A stretch of DNA of 64,000 nucleotides, from the NCBI GenBank assembly GCA_049724395.1, contig JAUGWO010000124.1, positions 1 through 64,000 of the forward strand, in the 5' to 3' direction. Positions 54,101 through 64,000 of this stretch are shown one piece after another. Each line of letters opens with the position of its first letter. Positions within the stretch are counted from its first letter, which is position 1. A program made the position numbers and the translations under genes. This DNA comes from Spongospora subterranea f. sp. subterranea (lineage: Eukaryota). Under the pieces are notes generated by a model. That model was not told the origin of the DNA. It made no database searches and saw only the letters and a list, made by a program, of their open reading frames with translations.

Positions 54101-57100
54101 TTACAGATGGCGATAACAACAGGAGGGGGATATCAACACACACCTGCAGAACCATCGGACGGAGCGATCGACAGCGACCACGAGGCGCTGATTGGAGAGA
54201 TTGGTTAAGGCGACGGAACACCCCGACACCTTATCCGGTGTTAACGACGCCATCGGTCGATCGAGCTCATCGCACAAACGGGCGACCAGATCGGATCGAG
54301 TGTCGGCATCGTCGGGGAGAAGAGACGCGATCTGTGTGTGGGGATTAGCGATTGGAGGCGATAACGGGGTGAGATTGTGTGATGTTGACGATGAACCTGC
54401 GACATCACAATCGCTGCACTACCAGGTGTCACATCATTACTCATGAACCGCATCAATAGCGCCATCGTCCTCATCGCCATCTCGATATCCGTTAACACAT
54501 ATCGCCCACCGATATCCCTAATCTGTTATCGAAAGGGATATCAATATGAGGGAGCGGTGTCCTCTCGCCCTCGTCCTCACCATCATCAAGAACCCCTTGT
54601 CCATATTGGGTATCTGTATCACCTGTTCGCCATAGACCTCATATTGTTCATCTGGTCCCGTGTTCCCCATCGCCCTAATCGATCACACAGATCCCTTTAT
54701 CGATATCGTCCCCTAAATCACATCCCCTCTATCCATTACCCGATATCGAACTGTTCAGGCGCTTTAAAGACCTGTCCCTCGATCGGATCAACCTGTCGTG
54801 ATCTTGACCATAACGGCGCCCTCATATTCCCAATCACTCCCGTTAACGGCGGCGGATCCCGGTTCAGGCCCCGTCTCATCTCAATCCTCACATCGATATC
54901 GATATCGGCAATAAGAGGATATGTCTGCCATAAACACGACGCGATCACGCCCTGAAGGTGATCGGTCATCTCCTCCCCCGATATCGATGAACATATCTCG
55001 TATATGGCGCCAACAGCGTCACGACGAACCTCGTAATGATGATGGCACAGGAACAGGGAGAGGTTGGTCAATAGCTGTTGATCATTGAACAGGGGGGCGA
55101 TGATCAACGGAACGAGACCCGCCACCGACCTTGACCGTCTGCGATGACGATCGACACGATCCCAATGCGCGAAGGGATATTCGACCGATATTATGGACCT
55201 GGGAACGGGTCAGGTTGGTCAGTAATGGATCGCCGCCAGCGATGGCCGACGACAGTAGCGCCATCCCGTCGGTCTGGACCTCGCTCTGGATCGGGGCGAT
55301 ATCGGCCAGGAGGAAATCGATATAGGCCTGGTGATCGTGGTGATCGGACGGGAGCGAGGCCGATAGCGCCGCCAGGACCAGATAGAACCGGTGAAGAGCT
55401 GGAGATGGGCGAACGGCCAATTGCGATCGGATCATGTTCCTGATCCGGTCGATCGACGACGATATGATCTGTGATGATGATCCGCGATCGATATCCCTAG
55501 ACGGGGGATCGTCAATCACAGCGAGGGCGATCGTGTGTGGTGTTCTGTTGGGGATTACGGGTTGGCCAGATAATCGACGAACAAGGTCTCGATCAGTGAA
55601 CAGATTGTGGTCGTTCGTGATCGAATGTGGGTCGCTGATCATATCGATAAGGGTCGGTAATAACCGCCTGATAATCCAGCCGTTCAGACCAGGGATATGG
55701 AACGGGACCAGACCGTGCAGGACGGCGATGGCGCTATCCTGAACCAGGGCGCTACCCCCATCCAATATCGCATCGACCGCATCGCTGACCCCTTCCTCAA
55801 CAACACCACACTGTAATCGCGATCCGTTGAAACACGATCGGATCAGGGTCTCGACCGCCGCTGATCGGACAAGGCGGTTCTGAACAAACGACGATGAGGG
55901 TGATGGCGGCGGTGGCGGAGGAGATCCCTCATTCTTACAGGTGACGCCATCAATGGCCTTAACGCCCTCTCGGCTGGAATATTGCGATCGGGACCGATGT
56001 GGATCACTAGTTTCCCCAATAGGATGATATACCAGTTGAGGTGATGTGGAATTAGCTCGTGCGATCGACCAGGACCGTTATCGCCACCGTCACCGATTGT
56101 CGAATATAAACGGGTTCGGATGAGGTCCCCGATCCCGCCCGAACCCGATAACTGTTCAACAACACCATATAATGGATCAGATACGGTCCAGGACGATATC
56201 GCATTGGCGATCGTGTTGAACGCGTTCAATCGCACAGCTGTGATGACGATGAGGTGAGAAATGCGAGTGAGTTTCGACGAACGAGTGTCGAATGACCTTG
56301 ATCGCGGTGCTTAAGAGATCCCCCTGTTCTAATCAATAATGAATGGAAGGCGCTGGTCGACGAGACGCTCTTCCATTGCGGTCCCGAACTCACATCGATA
56401 AACCCTCGTAGACTGGCCATGGACGCGTCGCTGTTGACGTCCCCAATCCCGATGATCAGGACGGATAAAGCGGCACAAGCCAGATCCGTTGTGATCCAGA
56501 AGTGGCGACACCCTTTGTCACACAGAGGATCAGATCACGACCACGACGAGCGATGATCGGGGCGAACGGGGGTCCAGTTAATTACCTGCCAATACAGTGT
56601 AGATCCCCTGACGAAGGGATGGACTGAGGGCGAACGATTTCGGGGCGAGATAAGAGATTAAGAGCTTGTGAAGACGGGATGATGATAGCTCGTTCAGAGG
56701 GAATATCGATAAGACGTCCAAGGTCAACGCGATTGCGACGTCGTTGTCGACCGAGAGGAGCTGACGGAAATACGTCTCGGACGAGCGGAGAAGGGATCGG
56801 GAGATGGTGGGCAACGCCCGCTTTAACGAACGGAATATGGCCAGAACCGCCGATTGGATATCGGGATGGGGGTTCTGGAGCATTGGTAATAGCTGTTGAA
56901 CACTGTCGGGGAATTGGGATTATAAACACGAATGGGAACGGGGAAAGGGCGATTGATCAACACGTACAAGTTCGGGTCGAGATCAGTCGCTCGTGACGAC
57001 CAGTGACGAACCAGATCGAGATGGGCGATCTGGGCGGAGATCGGGAGACACTTCGACAACGACAACAGCGATGTCAATTGTGGCGGTGTCAGATTAGGCC

Positions 57101-58820
57101 CATACATGATGGCGTCGGCGATGATGTCGGATAGAGTGGTGATCGATGACGATTGGGATCGGTCCGATAGACGATTGTCGTGGGATTCCAATAGATCGAA
57201 CAATATCGTCATCTTATTGTGTTGGGCGATTCGCGACAGGATATGAAGGGCGATCTTCCTGGTCAACAGATTGACGTCGCAACAGCGGTTGACGATCGCC
57301 GGATAGAGATCGGGGACGTGATTGGCCAGATCCGGGGCCAGATCGATCACGGCGCTGATCATGATGACGGCGCCGTATCGGACACGGGTCGGGGACGGGG
57401 GCGATAAGTGGATCAGGACGCGCTGGAGGAACCTGCGATGGGATTAGGGACAGACGGGGGGAACAGACAGAGGATCGGGCTGAAGGACCTGATCGGCGAT
57501 CGGTCACGATCGTGATCGACCGACGATAATGAACGGATCAGGGTCTGAACCGCCCAATAAACCTGATCGTATTGGGACTCGCTCCTCCCTGATAATAGAC
57601 CATGAACGGCCCCGAATAGATCACCGACTTCAACCGATCGACGATCGCCGACATCGATTGCTGATGTTGATGGATTCCGTCCATCATCGTCGTCTTTACC
57701 GGTGGGATCGCGTTCGTGATGTCGTTCACCGATCCAGTCTGGTCCACCAGGATCATCATCGCCCGACGTCGCCGCCGCCTTCCCCAGACCGTCGGCGACG
57801 AAGGAGAATATGGAGGCGATGGTGGAGCGAATGGCGACGACCTCATTGGAACTGGCGTTGGGGACCGTCAATAGGCGATTGACGATGGCGATGGAGAGAG
57901 TGTGATCACGAGAACAGTATTGACGGGACAGAAGATGGAGACAGGTTATAACAGGTAATCGAGTACCACAGAGCAATGAACGATCGGGGGAATCATCGTC
58001 AAGATCAAGGGCGAATAACAGATTCCAGATCGACCTCACTACAGATGGCAGAAATGAAATTGGGGAACGGGACGGTGGTGGTTATGGGGGAAGGGATTAC
58101 GATTATCGGTGATGGCGAATAGATCGGGATTGGCGTTGATGAACGACGTGGAACAGATGATAGCGATCTGGCCAACACAGCGATCGGGGTGAAGATATAA
58201 TGACTCAAGGGACGATATGAACCCGATCGCCATTGGCGATAACGGACGGCTGATCAGGGTCATCAGGGTCTGGATGGGATAATGGAGTCCTTTGGGGGTG
58301 ATTGGGTCAGGGGGTGGCGATGGCGATGGCGATGGCGATGGCGATGGCGATGGCCTACCTGGGGATTGATGAACATGATCATAGGACGATTGAACAGGGA
58401 ATGTTCGGTCGAAGACGGCGGCGAGTTTGAGGAAGAGGATGATCGTGTCGTGGCGTATGGAGTGACGAGGATGGGCGAGATTGGGGGCCAGATCGGACGA
58501 TCGCTCCAGTAAGATCATCTCTAATACATCAGTGGCGCCAGGACCTGAACAGACACAGCGAGTTTAGGGTCAAACGGGGGTCGAATACGATCACGATCAT
58601 GATGATGATGATGATGATTATGGGAATTACGTGATGTCGTTTGTTGTGGCGGATCATGGACCCGATTCTCATAGAATGTCGCCACGTCCTCCAGCCATTC
58701 GAGGGCTAACGGTCTTTGGCCATCTCGTAGTTCGAATTCCTGCGATGACGTCCTGATATGTGGTCGATTGTGGTCCATTATTCCCCCTAGTTGTCCCTTT
58801 ATTGTTGGGATCATAATCAC
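51166..58820 (-). CDS. Very large HEAT/ARM-repeat protein, broken by many frameshifts
   Basis: Chain of overlapping ORFs with HEAT-like ends (CCDVNLLTRKIALHIL, HHHYEVRRDAVGAI, SDDHEGVRKAG, DDDDPIVRSTAIDTI). May begin as far upstream as 59820. Confidence 0.6.
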
Positions 58821-59870
58821 ACCCGACTCATCATCGTCCTCACTCTATCTACTGTACCCGAATCCCAATCCCCATTTGTGACCGACCCCATCTCTCCCTC
58901 CCCCCCTTTCAATACCAACGATCGATCTCCCACTTGATCACTCTCTGTTGAAATCCCCCTTTTATGCCACATTGCCCTTAGACACTTTGCCAAAAATGAT
59001 CATCGCTGTTGCGCCATATCCAAACGCGTTCGAACAATGGTTCAGGAATCTGGTGCAGGATCAATGTCGAATCTCCCATAACTGCTCCATTTACATGACG
59101 ACATTTAAAGGGGCCAAACCACACAATGAACTGGTGATCGGCAGATAAACAATGACAATAACTGTGTGATGTGTCATGACAATATAACCGGTGATTGTCT
59201 GCTGTTCTTTAATCACGTACCACTTTTCAGCTAATCGACTTCTCGTTTTTCCCCAAATTATTCAACAGATATGTCCCGGTCTAACGACCAACAATGCAGT
59301 AGATTATCATTGAACAACTATATGATCGATATGTCGGAACTGGTCTAATCCATTATAATATGAAATGGGCCAAACCAGAACAGGGAATAATTGGTGTCAA
59401 ATGGCCCAATGGCCCTCCTTTATCACATCAATCGGTCCATTAAAAACCCCAACAATAACCACAATATCCGATTACAACACGAGATCAGGTCTTGATCAGA
59501 CACTCCTCAGGTATCACATCCATTTACTGCAAATCCAATCCCGACCAATATAACACATCATCATGTTAATCCACTAATTTCCGTCAACACTTAATGACCA
59601 TGAACAAGTCAATGACGTTTATCAAATAAAGACCGATCAATCCCCCTAATGACAATCCAAATGGATCTTTTATTGCAAAGGGAAATGGCGTTTCGGTTAT
59701 GTTTTCGTGATGGTGCGATGGGCGATGGCGGGTTCGTCGATAGAGTTCCAGTGTTTGAGTCGACTGGAGTCGTGAGTGAAAGAGTGCGTGAATATCCGCG
59801 GCGGAGTCCGTGACGGCCATGACTCAAACAGCAGTCAGTTGCACCTCCTATAGAGCAAAGGGGGACGGAG

Positions 59871-62138
59871 ATGGCGCCACCTGAGACCAGCTCTGGTTCT
59901 GGCAAACGACCCAGGCACTCTAGCGATGCCAGGAGAGCAGGGCAGCGGTCATATCGTGGCGGTGGTGTTGGAAGAGGAGGAAGCGGTCGCCATAAACATG
60001 GCCAATCTCACCACCCATCGGATCATCCCCATTCGCCATTATCGCCAGCCCTCGTAGACTGCATCAAGGACATATTATCGTCCATGTCTGATCCACGAGC
60101 GACATATGCAGATGTCGGTATTGACCATTTTTGTAATAATGGTTCAGCAATATCGGCATATGTTAAACAGCGATATTCTGACTTCATTGTAAAGTCAGTC
60201 GATCATATTCTCGTCTCGTATTTCAGGCGATTAACCAGTTTTATGATAGTGAAATTGATGACAATGGGTCGGTTGTGCATTTATCGTCGTTCGACCTTCC
60301 TCCTGAGAATCAGGTCGTTGAGGAAGCGCCAGATACCGATCAGATCGAGGCGTCGTGGGCGGAACTGGCTCAACGAGTGGAGAACATCGATATGGTTCGG
60401 GAGTTCATCGATAGCGGGTCGAAAGGGGAGATGATCATAGGAGATTATAGCGATAAAGATGAGCGGCGAACAATGCACGATCTGTTCAAGAAGATCCCGG
60501 GGCTCATCTTCAGCTTTACCCGTATCGATGGCGACAAACGCCTAATCGTGATCAGCAATAAACCTCAATCATCGGGTTATAAGAACAAGGCCTGGCTGGC
60601 TCCTGATCGTCCATATCTTCAGGTAATCATCGCAACAGAATTCTCGGGCTTCGAATCGTATTTGACAGATCGCCACCAGATGACCTTATATAAAGATAAT
60701 GTCGAGACGATGAAAGCTGTTAATGCGTTATCGCAAATCTCATACGTCAACGTTGGCCGATTCGCCTACGCTGGGAATAAGGATCGGCGAGGGATCACCA
60801 CTCAACTTGTGACAGGATTCAAAATCGACGCCGATCAATTATCGCGATCATTGCCCCGGTTGCGATCCGATGTTCGGGTCGGCAACTTCAAATACGTCAA
60901 AGACGGATTGAAACTGGGCAGTCTGCAAGGGAATAGGTTTGGTATAGTCCTTCGTGATGTCATCCTTCCTGACCAGACCACCACTGATCACGTTGATCAA
61001 TCGCTTTCTTCGATCTGCACGTTCGGGTTCATCAACTACTTCGGATTGCAGAGATTCGGGACCGGGTCGGTATCAACACATCTGATCGGGTTGGCGATTA
61101 TGCAGAAGCGGTTCGATCAGGCTGTGTCCTATCTTCTGACCCCTCAACCTACCCAATCGCCATCGCTCAACGCAGCGTTGACCCATCTTCTATGCACATC
61201 CGACATCTCAGGTACACGATCGCATCGTGGCGATTCTATAGTCGTCAAACTCAGTTCAACCAACGTGTTCCAGGCGCTATCGACCGTCTATCACCGCGGG
61301 ACTTCATTGAGCGAACAATCCTCCAATCATTGGCCTCAAATCCTAACGCGTATTCCAATGCATTAGATCGTTTGCCTCGTAATATGCGATTATTATATGT
61401 CCATGCATTTCAAAGCGCAATATGGAATCGGTTAGTGTCCAAGCGATTACGAGATCTTGATCGGACAAGGCCCGTGATTGGCGATCTAGTTATGGATCGA
61501 TCGTCCAGGTAATTCTGTTTGGTGGTCTCCGACCTGTGGATCTGATAATGATGACGATTGTGGGTGGATGTAGTGATGAAAAATCGGTGGTGATCGTGAG
61601 CGAGGAAAATATCGACAACTATTCGATATATGATGTTGTGATCCCATTACCGGGATACGACTCGACATTGCCCAGTCATATCGTGGGCCAATACTGTGTT
61701 GATATCCTGGCAGGATATGGTCTAACATGTCAGTTCAACGGGGGGATCCATCGTAATCGCATCAATTTGACTGGAAATACAGTACAGGATCTTCGCCATT
61801 CTGCAGGAGATTACTGCCTAAAGGGAGATTATCGCCCCATTATCGTCAAACCAAAACAATTCCAATGGAGCTTCCTTCGATACAGCGATAAATGTGTTCC
61901 GTTAATGCTATCCGATCTTGATATCATGAACGGCGTCCCTGAACATGAATCTGTCGTTGATGGTGACAAGCTGGCATTGCGCCTGTACTTCTCACTGCCA
62001 GCGTCGTCTTACGCCACCATGCTATTACGAGAGATATTGAAATGTGATCCCAGAGAATGGCATCAGGATGAGAGTGTATGTGATGTCCAGCAAGATTCTG
62101 TGTCGGACGATATCTCGGCTCTCACAGAGATGCAATAA
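59871..62138 (+). CDS. PUS7: TruD-family pseudouridine synthase PUS7, multi-exon
   Basis: [46 protein letters not shown] and [15 protein letters not shown]. Confidence 0.95.
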
Positions 62139-62458
62139 ACCAGATATTATTATTGTCACCTTGAATTCGTCTGGAATCAAAACAAGTAATCAAATATTGT
62201 TAGATTTATTTGAAAATTATTCATAAGAAACAACCTCAATATGATGATATGGCGACAATTGAAACAGGAATTTGATCACTTTTGTTGCAGTATAAACGTC
62301 GGTATCGCAGATCCAATATTATCTGCTCCATTATCACTCATCGTCTCATAATCCATTGTTGGAAAACGATCCTCTGCGCCATCCTTTTGCATGGCATCTT
62401 TGGTAAACCCACTAGCATAGAATTTTAGTTTGTAGACCCATCAGGCAGTTAGGTCTTC

Positions 62459-63981
62459 TTACGCTGGTCCTTGAGTTGGTACAACAATAGCTCTCATCCT
62501 CAATATAGACGCCACGTTTTGCACCCACCCTCCAAACGATAAAGACATCGACAACAGTCTGCAGTCAAAAATATATTCACTGAATGCTAAAAGAACAAGA
62601 AAAAAAAAAGTCAAAGACCTTGGATTACTCCTCCAGGAGACTGTTCCAATTATGACGATCAGGACAACATCGAGAACCAAGACAGACGCGCACTGCTGCA
62701 GACGCAAACAGACTTGCTTCATAATCCATGATCTGTTAGGATCTTGATCTTGAAATTTCCGATAGGTCAGGGAGAATCTTAAGACAGAGATACAAAATAT
62801 AACAATGGTCCCTATAGCCGACCGTTATCAAAATAAAATGGATACGCGTTCTTGAGTACCCAAAAACATGGCCACCCAGATTATACCGATCCACTGTAGC
62901 TTCCACTGATTATCCCCTGACGATCGGGGCCCAATATTGTATACATAGTGAAGAACAAAAAAAACAATACAAAAACTCAACATGGAAGCTTTGATGAAGA
63001 CTGGCATTGGAGTCGCATACAGATCACGCAATGCAAAACCTGAGCACGTTTTACAGATCAATAAGCCATGAATGAGATGAAATAAGAGGTTGGATTACTT
63101 ATCGTAAGATTGGTCATAATGTGGATGATTACGACCAGGTTGACAAGCAAGATAAAGTTGGTGTAATCATAACCCGCCCCTAATCCTGTGAACGCAAACC
63201 CAATCCCAATTGCACTTTAGGGTGGCAGTGCGTCAGGCTATAACCTCACATGGATGTTTATGCAAACACACCTTCGCATACCGTTCTCTGCACTCTCCGA
63301 TATCACCAAAGTCAAATGGATTATTGGAACAGACTTCCAATCACCTACATCGGCCAACTTTTCTCGAAATTTGAATAAATTCCATATTCCGATGCACGCA
63401 GCTGCTGCACCTATAGAGCATGAATTGAAAATTAAACCCACTGCAGCAAATGGACGAAGAAATCAAGCCGTACCCGGCATGGACCATGCCCAAATAAACT
63501 CTCGACTTGTTGAATAGACAACCCATTCATTGGGTTCATCAGACTTGATAGACGCGTTCAATACGTGCGAGGAGGTAAGCAGCCTATGAATATGGGCACC
63601 ATCTTCGTCGGATACTTCAACCATATGCACTTGAGTATCTTGACGAGATATCACGAAACCGGGCGTCTTATATGCAGTATGGAGAATGAGGCCTGCACAG
63701 CCCCATTGCAAGCACACCCGATTCCAATCTTGAATAGTGCATGGGGAAACCGTGGTTATTAGAACAATACGGGAGTGGGTGTTATTGTCGAAATGGCATG
63801 AATCCCATCCACCGGCTGGCATTACCACTAACGTATTCAGGATTTCATATGGAGCAGGTTCAGGTGCGGACGGCGATTCGAACACCAGAGTTTCTGACGC
63901 ATTGCTATCGAGAATGGTCAACGCACACGACGTTGAAGCGGCGACTATCAGGCATGCAATGATCCCATACACTAACACCAT
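62459..63981 (-). CDS. Signal peptide + PA-like domain + multi-TM receptor-like protein
   Basis: N-terminal hydrophobic leader; IVLI...C...GCAGLIL...MVEVSDEDG; several hydrophobic exons downstream; frameshift near 63470; 3' end uncertain. Confidence 0.55.
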
Positions 63982-64000
63982 AAGTGAGCAATTCCGATCC

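Noticed and set aside
51233..58512. Many plus-strand ORFs, including the WR-repeat ORF 58282-58512
   Set aside because: Shadows of the stop-poor antisense HEAT gene; the (TGGCGA)n repeat encodes Ser-Pro on the minus strand.

Overview
Eukaryotic nuclear DNA with short (~45-125 bp) GT-AG introns. The gene style is consistent with a plasmodiophorid-like protist, but that is inference only. The first ~24 kb is a nested transposon cluster: Ty3/Gypsy fragments, a SINE-like insert, PIF/Harbinger, Mutator, pogo and Tc1/IS630 remnants, Ulp1-peptidase relics and several inverted duplications. The standout is an apparently intact 5-exon, 764-aa tyrosine-recombinase gene (8188-10762). It lies in a ~3.05-kb Crypton-like unit bounded by an 8-bp direct repeat, has a subterminal repeat array, and splits the 5' LTR of a Gypsy element. 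A young Mutator derivative (15510-17229) carries a GCM-like domain and a USP-like Cys box. The remaining ~40 kb is gene-dense: PRP5/DDX46, SANBR-like, P5A-ATPase, PET117, CMC4, DNAJC17, a thaumatin-like protein, SAC1, two multi-pass membrane proteins, a large HEAT-repeat gene inside a GATC/CGATCG-rich domain, and PUS7. Single-base frameshifts in conserved genes suggest assembly indel errors. All family calls come from motif recognition; no searches were run.
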